NCBI GenBank assembly: GCA_902768105.1
Contig: CACXJZ010000005.1
Location: 3,052 to 67,051, forward strand
Direction of reading: 5' to 3'
Length of the DNA: 64,000 bases
Source of the DNA: an uncultured Prevotellaceae bacterium
GTDB taxonomy: Bacteria; Bacteroidota; Bacteroidia; Bacteroidales; Bacteroidaceae
A program made the translations under genes and the position numbers. Shown here piece by piece: positions 29,266 through 37,570 of the stretch. Under the pieces are notes generated by a model. The model made no database searches. It had not been told where the DNA came from and was given only the letters and a program-made list of their open reading frames with translations. The number at the start of each line of letters is the position of its first letter. The first letter of the stretch is position 1.

Positions 29266-30804
29266 TTAATAACCCGGGTTCTGGACAATCTGCGGATTAG
29301 CGTCAATCTCAGCCTTGGGAATCGGCAGAATCATCTTCGGATCATTAGCAGACTTCGTCAGTTTTGTAGTTACATCCGATCCTGGGAACAGACACATATC
29401 ATCCTTTTGTGTAGAAGTACGTGTTACACCCATGTGCCAGCGTTTCAAATCGAATAGACGAGTACCCTCTACAACCATCTCACGGCGACGCTCATTCTTC
29501 ACTTCGTTCATGAGTTCTGTTACATTTCCGTAAGTTTCAGAACTGAATCTCTGGAAGCGATTAGCCTGCAATTCATTCAAATACTTGCTACCTTCAGTTA
29601 CATTTCCTGCCTGAGCGTATGCCTCAGCAGCTATCAGATACATTTCTGCGATACGGAAAACTTTGGGTTCACTCTGCCAACGTCCGTTCTCAGACTTCAC
29701 TATGTTCTGATGAATACCAGAATCATCGGGGTACTTATTCAACATCAGAATCGTGCCACTAGTGCCGATTGAAGTTGTCAGGTCAGCAACATCAAAGTAT
29801 GCTTTAATACGCAAGTCGTTGTTGGACCAAACAGCCAAGAAGTCACCGCTGGGGATATAGTCAGGTGTACTGCCATCGTTGTAGGGAAGGAAATACTGAC
29901 CTGTCTGGCTTGCTAACTCGTTAGCAGACGGGATGGGAAGCTGCCAAATAGCCTCTGGAGTATTGTCGTAGTGCCACATCTGAACCAGTTCGTCAGCGTC
30001 AGAGCAGAGTGCATAGGACCCACCTTCAATAAGTTGCACGGCCTTGGCTGCTGCAGCGGTGTAGTCGTCCATAGCCAATGCTACACGAGCCTCGAAGGCT
30101 GTGATAGCATCATGACTGACATATGCCAACGGGTTTGCCTTGTTCAACTCGGTAAGTTCTGTGGGAATCAAGGGCTTTGCTGCTTCGATATCATTTTTAA
30201 TCTGAGCATAAGTCTCTGCCAACGTAGCGCGTCCAGGATACTTAGAATTGTCTGATGTAGGAGCATATACCGTAGAGAATGCAACACCGCTATTGGCTTC
30301 ATTAGCTGTAGCGGCCTCATAGTCAACGCAGAAATACTGTGCAAGGTTGAACAAAGCATAAGCACGCAGAAAGTAAGCTTCCCCGATAACCTGCTTGCAC
30401 TGCACCACTTGATCAGCAGTAAACCTCTCCTCGTCGGTGAAGTCAACTGCATTGCCGAACTGAATAATATAGTTGCAACGACCGATAAGAATCTGGTAAC
30501 CACCCCAGATACTCTCGAAATCGTCAGTCTGAGGGGTAAACTGCCAGCGGTACATATCACCATAGGTATTAGAGAAGCCGACCATTGCATTGAAGTTGTC
30601 GGTCATCATCTCAGTTACCAGCAGGAATCTGCCGCTATTGAGTCCTCTCAACGGAGAGTAAAGGCCCACACGCATGTTCTTGAAGTCATTATATGACTGA
30701 AGAGCCTCTGTATCAGGAATGGCGTCATAAGGTTTCATGTCCATGTCACAAGAAACAAAACCCAACGTCATTACTGATAACATGATTACATATATCTTTT
30801 TCAT
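29266..30804 (-). CDS. RagB/SusD family lipoprotein
   Basis: Lipobox FVSC; EAYFLRAY, FRIAEMYLIAAEA, ERRREMVVEGTRLFDLKRW, QNPGY. Confidence 0.93.
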   Translation of the reverse strand: MKKIYVIMLSVMTLGFVSCDMDMKPYDAIPDTEALQSYNDFKNMRVGLYSPLRGLNSGRFLLVTEMMTDNFNAMVGFSNTYGDMYRWQFTPQTDDFESIWGGYQILIGRCNYIIQFGNAVDFTDEERFTADQVVQCKQVIGEAYFLRAYALFNLAQYFCVDYEAATANEANSGVAFSTVYAPTSDNSKYPGRATLAETYAQIKNDIEAAKPLIPTELTELNKANPLAYVSHDAITAFEARVALAMDDYTAAAAKAVQLIEGGSYALCSDADELVQMWHYDNTPEAIWQLPIPSANELASQTGQYFLPYNDGSTPDYIPSGDFLAVWSNNDLRIKAYFDVADLTTSIGTSGTILMLNKYPDDSGIHQNIVKSENGRWQSEPKVFRIAEMYLIAAEAYAQAGNVTEGSKYLNELQANRFQRFSSETYGNVTELMNEVKNERRREMVVEGTRLFDLKRWHMGVTRTSTQKDDMCLFPGSDVTTKLTKSANDPKMILPIPKAEIDANPQIVQNPGY

Positions 30805-30827
30805 ATAGCTTTTTCTCTTTAAGTTTA

Positions 30828-33818
30828 TTAGAATGTGAGTTGGCAACCGATAGAATACTGACGAGTGTTAGGATAGTTACCCAATGTAATATTTGAGTTC
30901 ACCTCCGGATCGTATTCCGTATAACCCGTGAATGTCAGCAGGTTACGTCCTACAAAGTAAATTTTTGCATCCTTCAGAATACGTGTTTGTTGAATCAGCT
31001 TCTTCGGGAAGGTGTAAGAGAGTTGCAACATCTTTAAACGCACAAACGAAGCCTCCTCCAACAGGTGCGTATCAAACTCGATGTCGGCGTCAGCAGCAGG
31101 AATGTCTGTTACCTGGCCAGGTGTAGTCCACATGTTGAGCATGTCGGTGGTCTGGTTCATGTCGGATGCAAAACCTGCATTCTCCACGAAGTAGCGCATA
31201 TTGTTAGTCATGTATCGGTCAAACATACCCGTAAACTGTACATCAAGCTGAATTCCCTTCCAAGAAAGGGTTGACATCAGACCGCCTGACCAAGGAGCAT
31301 ACTGGCACTTACCTGTCATTACCTGATCGTCCTCAGAGTAGATCTTCGTCTCGTTACCATTCTTGTCAAGCCATACGTTCTGACCATCGCGCGGGTCAAC
31401 GTGACTCCAACGTACTGAGTAGAACTCACCATAGGGATGTCCAACCTCCATACGGAGACCGGTATTACCGATAGTATAATAATCAAGACCTTGGAACAAC
31501 TTGGTAATGCGGTTCTGGTTGTAGTTACCATTTACAGCAACCATCCATCTCCAGTCCTTGTTCTTGATGATATCAAACTCGAGGGTAAAATCAAAACCGC
31601 GGTTACGCATCTCAGCAACGTTACCCCAGCCACCAGAAAAGCCCGTGGTGTAAGAGTAAGGAATCTCCATGAGCATGTCGCTGGTTACCTTGTTATAATA
31701 CTCGAAGTCGAAGCTAACACGGTCAAAGACACGACCCGTAAGAGCTAAGTTGAACGTCTTAACTGTCTCCCAAGTCAAATCAGGGTTCGAAGGGTTAGTG
31801 ATAGCAGTACCAGACTGTCCATTGTAAATATATCCAGTACCAACAAGACCAAGTGCACGGTAAGCGGCTATACCAGAGTTACCAGTAGAACCATAGCTGG
31901 TTTTTACTGCCAAATCGTTCAACCACTTCTTAGTAGATGCCATGAACTTCTCAGAAGAAATCTTCCACATGACAGCAGCAGCGCCAAATGTAGCCCAACG
32001 GTTGTTTTCACCGAAAAGTGAGCTTCCATCGCGACGGATACTCAGGTCAACGAAGTAACGATCATCGTATGCATAATTCAAAGCGCCGAACCAAGAGTTG
32101 CGACTCTCCTCAGTCTTATAAGCCTGTGAAGTAGTTGGGACAATAGCTTTAGAACCAGCACTCGGAAGCAACAGGCGTTCGTCTGTCAAACCCTCAACGC
32201 GCAGACGGAATCCACGATCCTTAGAGTAAGTTGACTCCTGACCCAACAGCACAGTGAAGTCGTGTAAACCAGCAACTTTGAATTTGTATTCAGCTGTGTT
32301 CGTAACTGTCCATTGATAATAGCGCTCAAAAGATTCAGTAGAAGTACCTGCACCCTCAAACGGTTCAATAGGAAGAGCATTACCGGACATTGTATAGTCG
32401 AGAGCCTCCAAACCGATGGCAGAGCGAATGTTAAGACCCTTAATAGGGCTGATGTTCACGTATGCGTTCTCATTGATATTGATACGCTCGGTTGTAGAAG
32501 GCTGGATTTCACTCAGATAGTAAGGGTTCCAGAGGCCCAGAAACTCGAAGTAATCCTGACGCTTACCGTAACCCTCAAATGTTGAATTTGCATAATCGCT
32601 ACGATCAAGACCCTTGATTTCGTACATGGTCTCAATAGGCAAATACCAGCGAGAGCCAGTAACCTTGTTGTACCATGAATTGCCTGAACCACCAAAAGCA
32701 GTCGTGCCGTATTTTGTAAAAGCCAAGTTGGTATTAGAACCTATCTTCAGCCAATCTGTAATAGTTGATTCCAGATTCACTCGAAGAGACTCACGACGCA
32801 TATCGGAGTCATCCATAATTCCCTCAGCCTGATAGTGTCCATAAGACAGGAGGTAAGACATGTTGTTTGAGCCACCTACAACACTGGCAGTAATCTCAGA
32901 CGTGGGAGCGGTTCCACCAAAAAGAATGTCAGACCAGTCAGTAGAGATACCATTCTTCAGATAGTAATTCTTCATAGCCTGGAAGTTGTCGTTTGTCTTG
33001 TTAGCTGGGGTTATCAGCTCCTGCAACTGGAACCATTGATCGGCATTCATCATTTCCATATGGTCTCCAGTCATCTTAGAGACACCATACTGAGCAGAAA
33101 TGGTAACCTGAGCCTGCTGGCCATACTTACCACGTTTTGAAGTCAGAATAATGACGCCATTAGCTGCACGTGAACCGTAAATAGCCGTAGAAGAAGCATC
33201 CTTCAGCACGGTCATCGACTCAATGTCATTCGGGTTCAACGTCTGGAATGTAGAAGACGTGATTTCTGTTCCGTCCAAGATGTACAACGGGGTTGTTGAA
33301 GCATTAATAGACGTCACACCACGAATACGCATAGATACACTGGCAGAGGGTTCACCTGATGACGTGAATACCTGAAGACCCGCAACCTGTCCCTGAAGGG
33401 CATCACCAACATTGGCAACTGGACGGTGTTCAAATTTCTCGGAAGTCACAGTCTTTACTGAACCCGCGATGGTTCCGAGTTTCTTAGCAGAACCATAACC
33501 GACAACGACGACCTCTTCCATCGAACGGGCATCGCCTTTTAAAAACACACGCATGCCGTTCTTTGCAGTCACAACCTGGGTTTCCATACCAAGGTAAGAA
33601 ACCTGCAGCTGAGTCTTGCCGGCGGGCAATGTAATGGTAAACTGACCGTCCATGTCTGTCAACAGACCGGTCTTGGTACCTACTACCTGAACGGCAGCAC
33701 CGATAATCGGCTGGCCGTCGTCCTGAGATATTACGGTACCTTTAACTGTAGTTTGTGCCATAGCCATTCCCAAACTCAGGAACAGCGCAGCGAAAAACAT
33801 CGTTAATCTTTTTTCCAT
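30828..33818 (-). CDS. SusC/RagA TonB-dependent transporter
   Basis: EEVVVVGYG, LKDASSTAIYGSRAANGVI plug motif, C-terminal Phe. Confidence 0.95.
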   Translation of the reverse strand: MEKRLTMFFAALFLSLGMAMAQTTVKGTVISQDDGQPIIGAAVQVVGTKTGLLTDMDGQFTITLPAGKTQLQVSYLGMETQVVTAKNGMRVFLKGDARSMEEVVVVGYGSAKKLGTIAGSVKTVTSEKFEHRPVANVGDALQGQVAGLQVFTSSGEPSASVSMRIRGVTSINASTTPLYILDGTEITSSTFQTLNPNDIESMTVLKDASSTAIYGSRAANGVIILTSKRGKYGQQAQVTISAQYGVSKMTGDHMEMMNADQWFQLQELITPANKTNDNFQAMKNYYLKNGISTDWSDILFGGTAPTSEITASVVGGSNNMSYLLSYGHYQAEGIMDDSDMRRESLRVNLESTITDWLKIGSNTNLAFTKYGTTAFGGSGNSWYNKVTGSRWYLPIETMYEIKGLDRSDYANSTFEGYGKRQDYFEFLGLWNPYYLSEIQPSTTERININENAYVNISPIKGLNIRSAIGLEALDYTMSGNALPIEPFEGAGTSTESFERYYQWTVTNTAEYKFKVAGLHDFTVLLGQESTYSKDRGFRLRVEGLTDERLLLPSAGSKAIVPTTSQAYKTEESRNSWFGALNYAYDDRYFVDLSIRRDGSSLFGENNRWATFGAAAVMWKISSEKFMASTKKWLNDLAVKTSYGSTGNSGIAAYRALGLVGTGYIYNGQSGTAITNPSNPDLTWETVKTFNLALTGRVFDRVSFDFEYYNKVTSDMLMEIPYSYTTGFSGGWGNVAEMRNRGFDFTLEFDIIKNKDWRWMVAVNGNYNQNRITKLFQGLDYYTIGNTGLRMEVGHPYGEFYSVRWSHVDPRDGQNVWLDKNGNETKIYSEDDQVMTGKCQYAPWSGGLMSTLSWKGIQLDVQFTGMFDRYMTNNMRYFVENAGFASDMNQTTDMLNMWTTPGQVTDIPAADADIEFDTHLLEEASFVRLKMLQLSYTFPKKLIQQTRILKDAKIYFVGRNLLTFTGYTEYDPEVNSNITLGNYPNTRQYSIGCQLTF

Positions 33819-34112
33819 AAATTCTCTCTCGTTTACTTATTTAAATTAATAATAGTTGTTCTCTGTTAAGCCTTGTTAGAAATACAAATCTGCCACATCT
33901 CTTCATCGGAGACAGGCATTTTGAGACTTTTGGAGCGGTGCAAAGGTAACATTTACTTTTGTAATTAACAAATAAAAACAAAAAAAATATTCATATTTCC
34001 TTAAAAAATTAACAAAACGGCCCCAAAAACGCGCTTTTAGTGATATTTTTACACCTTTCCTATGTTAAAAATGATAACATATATATTATATAATGTACGC
34101 GCACATGGGGAC

Positions 34113-34144
34113 AAAAAAAAGAAGTGGTCATTGCTGACCACCTC
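34113..34144 (-). terminator. Intrinsic terminator after the lipoprotein cluster
   Basis: gtggtca-ttgc-tgaccac stem with poly-T on the minus strand. Confidence 0.7.
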
Positions 34145-34174
34145 TGGTATAACTAGTTTAAACAAGCAAAAAGC

Positions 34175-34561
34175 TTATTCTTCGCTTTCTACTTCTTCAG
34201 CAGCCTGCTCAATCTCCTCTGCGGCCTGCTCAACCTCAACCCTTGTCTGGATGGCCTCCTGAGCCTTCTGAATTGTGGCAGCGCATGTCTCACACATAGT
34301 CTTGAAGCTGTCGGCCTGCTCGGGAGTAATCTCCAGGGCATAGTCCTGCATCTTCTTCGTAGCCTCTACGAAAGCGGCGTGACCCTCAGCAAATGCTGCT
34401 TCGTCAGCGTAGCTGGCATCACAAGCTTCCATACTCTCAAAGGTAGCTGCGAGCTGCTTGAAGTTGTCCCATGCTTTCTGTCCCTCGGGGCTCAGACCAT
34501 TGTTACAAGAAGTCAGAGCCATTACAGCACATGCTGCAATTACATAAAAAATCTTTTTCAT
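34175..34561 (-). CDS. Small acidic helical lipoprotein
   Basis: MKKIFYVIAACAVMALTSC lipobox. Confidence 0.8.
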   Translation of the reverse strand: MKKIFYVIAACAVMALTSCNNGLSPEGQKAWDNFKQLAATFESMEACDASYADEAAFAEGHAAFVEATKKMQDYALEITPEQADSFKTMCETCAATIQKAQEAIQTRVEVEQAAEEIEQAAEEVESEE

Positions 34562-34593
34562 AACGTTATAAATGAATTTAAATTGTTATTGCT

Positions 34594-34619
34594 GCCTACT
34601 CCCTTCCAAGCGTTTCGGC
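34594..34619 (-). promoter_or_regulatory. Conserved 26-nt 5'UTR hairpin motif, copy 1
   Basis: GCCGAAACGCTTGGAAGGGAGTAGGC; 25/26 identical to 35567-35592. Confidence 0.7.
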
Positions 34620-34637
34620 ATTCTCTTTATTGTCTAA

Positions 34638-35099
34638 TCAGTCGCCTGCGGCTTTGAGCACGATAGCTTTCACGTTGTCGGCATCAAAGGGGAACATCAG
34701 TTGGTTGTTGGGGTCGGTAGCGTCACCGTCAAGACCCACAGCAACATAAACCAGCGAACCGTCACATATAGTCAGCAACGCCAGCATGCCTACCAATTCC
34801 TCATTGGAGGCCAACTCCTCAACGAGAGCCTGCGCAGCTGCCTCTCGGTTTTTGCTCATGGCGTTGAATATCTCAGTTTCAACACCATAGACAATGTTCA
34901 TCTGGTTATCCTCAAAGAAGTAGCCAAGATAGAACGAATTTGACTCTCCGTCCTTGATGGGCACCTCCTTCATCTTCTCCTGACAATACAGGCTCAGCAT
35001 CTGACGGGCATCCTCAGCGTCCGTAGTGTTTTGTGCCGACATGCTGGCAGGAGCCAACAGCAGCACAAAAGCTACAACACTTTTAATGATTGTCTTCAT
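34638..35099 (-). CDS. Secreted hypothetical protein
   Basis: SPI signal peptide ending ASMSA-Q. Confidence 0.75.
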   Translation of the reverse strand: MKTIIKSVVAFVLLLAPASMSAQNTTDAEDARQMLSLYCQEKMKEVPIKDGESNSFYLGYFFEDNQMNIVYGVETEIFNAMSKNREAAAQALVEELASNEELVGMLALLTICDGSLVYVAVGLDGDATDPNNQLMFPFDADNVKAIVLKAAGD

Positions 35100-35123
35100 G
35101 CTATGCTTTCTCGTTCTGTACGA

Positions 35124-35543
35124 TTACTCGAATGTGACGTAGCTTGCGCACTCGTTGATCTCTTCCTCGCTCATGTTCAGAGCCTTACCAACGGTACCGA
35201 TAGCCTCACCAACTGCCTGGCTTGCCTCCTGAATGGCCTTTGCGGTTTCAGCGTCGGGCTGGTAGTTAGGATACTTGGCGTCAAGTTCCTTCAGAGTCTC
35301 ACCCAGAGCCATGCAGATAGCCTTCAGGTCATCCTTGCTCTGAACCTTCTCAATCTCCTCGGCTACACCTTCGTAAGCACCAGCGATAGAAGCAGCAGCC
35401 TCGTCAATCTCTACATCGTCAGCAGGAGCAACGGCCTCGGTGTTGTCAGTTGTTGCGGGTTCAGCGGGTTTCTCGCTTTTGCTACCACAAGAAGCCAGAG
35501 CCATTACAGCACATGCTGCGAATACATACATAATCTTTTTCAT
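35124..35543 (-). CDS. Small acidic helical lipoprotein (signal paralogous to 34175-34561)
   Basis: MKKIMYVFAACAVMALASC lipobox. Confidence 0.8.
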   Translation of the reverse strand: MKKIMYVFAACAVMALASCGSKSEKPAEPATTDNTEAVAPADDVEIDEAAASIAGAYEGVAEEIEKVQSKDDLKAICMALGETLKELDAKYPNYQPDAETAKAIQEASQAVGEAIGTVGKALNMSEEEINECASYVTFE

Positions 35544-35566
35544 AACACTAATGTTTTTATTGTTTT

Positions 35567-35592
35567 GCCTACTCCCTTCAAAGCGTTTCGGC
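35567..35592 (-). promoter_or_regulatory. Conserved 26-nt 5'UTR hairpin motif, copy 2
   Basis: GCCGAAACGCTTTGAAGGGAGTAGGC. Confidence 0.7.
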
Positions 35593-35792
35593 TTCTTCTA
35601 TACCTATTTATATATATATGCTCTCCCCTATTTCTTGATTGGAAATGGCAGTTTCAGATTTTGCGGTGCAAAAGTAATAAGTTCTTTTGTAACAAACAAA
35701 TAAAAAAACACTTTTTTTACAAATTTAGCGCATAAACAACGAAAATGCCCTAAAAAGGCATATTTTGAACATACGGAGGAAATGTCGATTTT

Positions 35793-35923
35793 AATCGCGG
35801 CGATTACATGACCACAATCGGGGCGATTGAAGGCAGAAAGGTGCCACCTTTCATATAGAAGAGTGGCACCCTATACTTTGAAGGCCGGCACCCTTCAACC
35901 TGAAGAGTGGCACCTTTGAAATT
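35793..35923. repeat. Arrays of 22-23 bp periodic palindromic units
   Basis: aatcgcggcgatt and aatcggggcgatt (23-bp spacing), then 4 x 22 bp with core GAARRGTGSCACC. Confidence 0.8.
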
Positions 35924-35952
35924 TTGATTAGTCAGCCCAAAATGACAATTAA

Positions 35953-37428
35953 TTAGTTCTCGTCAACAACGATAGGCTTGTACTTCGGCACGAGGCTCTT
36001 CATGATGACCCAACCAATGAGGTAGGCTACGGCACAGAAACAGAAGACTATCATGTAGGCACCAGGCTTACCCTCGTACCCCATGAAGGTGAACTGTGAA
36101 CCCAGTCCCTCAGCATAGGTAAAGAGCTTACCTGAACTGAAGTTGATGAGCATGGAACCCAGACCACCAGCCATGGCTCCAATACCCGTGACGGTAGCGA
36201 TGGTTGACTTGGGGAACATATCGCCAACGGTAGAGAAGATGTTGGCTGACCAAGCCTGATGGCCAGCACCAGCTAGACCAATAATAATGGCGGGCCACCA
36301 TGCTGGGTCGATGGGGCTCTCCTGCCACATGGCCAGGGGCTGTGCAAACAACGCGAACAGGGGGAAGAAGGCAAATATCAGCATAGCAAGCATACGACCT
36401 GCGTATGGGTTCATGCCACGCTTCTCAACGAAGAGCTTGGGTAAGTAACCTCCGAAGATGCTGACAATGGTCACAATAAGATAGAGCACGAAGATGAGTA
36501 GCTGACCCATACTTGACGAGGACTTATAGTGGAACTGGTCGGAGAAATAGGCGGGAGCCCAGAACAGATAGAACCACCATACGCCGTCAGTCATGAACTT
36601 TCCCACGATGAACGACCATGTCTGCTTGAAGGTGAAGCAACGGAAGAAGCCAATAGCAGGCCCCTCGTCGTTGGCATTTTTCGGATCGTCGTCTGTCTCC
36701 ACGTCTTGATTGATATAGGTGAGTTCAGCGGCATTTACGTGCTTCGATTTGTTGGGCTTGTCATAGACAAATACCCAGAGTGCCATCCAGATGAAACCAA
36801 GGGCACCGATGATGATAAACGCCATCTCCCAGCCGAACGCCTCGGCAAGAGGCGGAATGCTGACAGGAGCTGCCAACGCGCCTACAGAGGCGCCCGCATT
36901 GAAGAGCGAAGTGGCAAAGGCACGGTCTTTCTTGGGGAAATACTCTGCCGTCACCTTGATGGCTGCAGGGAAGTTGCCACTCTCACCCAAAGCGAGCACT
37001 GAACGGCAGAACAGGAACAGCCAAACCGAGACTGTGGCAATGCTCAAGGCGGTCATTGAACCTGCCTCAACTGCTTTCAGGGCTGCGATGCTGTCGATAC
37101 CTTCTACCTGCATGGTCACCCAGCCGCAGGCAGCGTGCATACAGGCACCCAGCGACCACACAAAGATGGCCCAAATATAACCTTTCTTGGTACCCATCCA
37201 GTCGATGAACTTTCCTGCGAACAGGCAGAACACGGCGTAAAGGATGGAGAATACGGAAGTAATAACGCCATAGTTTTCATCAGTCCAATGGAACTCAGGA
37301 GCGATAAAGTCCTTCCACGTCAGCGAGAGCACCTGACGGTCCATGTAGTTGACGGTTGTTGCGAAGAACAACATCGCACAGATAATCCAACGGTAGTTGG
37401 TCATTTTAGTAGTTTGTACGGGATTCAT
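35953..37428 (-). CDS. MFS transporter, hexuronate ExuT-like
   Basis: TTVNYMDRQVL, GESGNFPAAIKVTAEYFPKKDRAFATSLFNAG, TDGVWWFYLFW. Confidence 0.85.
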   Translation of the reverse strand: MNPVQTTKMTNYRWIICAMLFFATTVNYMDRQVLSLTWKDFIAPEFHWTDENYGVITSVFSILYAVFCLFAGKFIDWMGTKKGYIWAIFVWSLGACMHAACGWVTMQVEGIDSIAALKAVEAGSMTALSIATVSVWLFLFCRSVLALGESGNFPAAIKVTAEYFPKKDRAFATSLFNAGASVGALAAPVSIPPLAEAFGWEMAFIIIGALGFIWMALWVFVYDKPNKSKHVNAAELTYINQDVETDDDPKNANDEGPAIGFFRCFTFKQTWSFIVGKFMTDGVWWFYLFWAPAYFSDQFHYKSSSSMGQLLIFVLYLIVTIVSIFGGYLPKLFVEKRGMNPYAGRMLAMLIFAFFPLFALFAQPLAMWQESPIDPAWWPAIIIGLAGAGHQAWSANIFSTVGDMFPKSTIATVTGIGAMAGGLGSMLINFSSGKLFTYAEGLGSQFTFMGYEGKPGAYMIVFCFCAVAYLIGWVIMKSLVPKYKPIVVDEN

Positions 37429-37570
37429 ATTGATTTATAATTTTCGATTTTCTATTATGTGCTGCAAAGGTACAAAAAAAGTGTAGAAGATGGACGGCGG
37501 AGGGTGATTTTTTTTCATGTAAACGTTTACACCCTAAACCTGACGTTTGTCGATTCATCACTCTTCACTC

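Noticed and set aside
26586-33818. AT-richer region as a horizontally acquired island
   Set aside because: No mobility genes or boundary repeats; codon bias of highly expressed outer-membrane genes could explain it.
35836-35923. Possible CRISPR array
   Set aside because: Contiguous degenerate 22-bp units with no unique spacers, and no cas genes.
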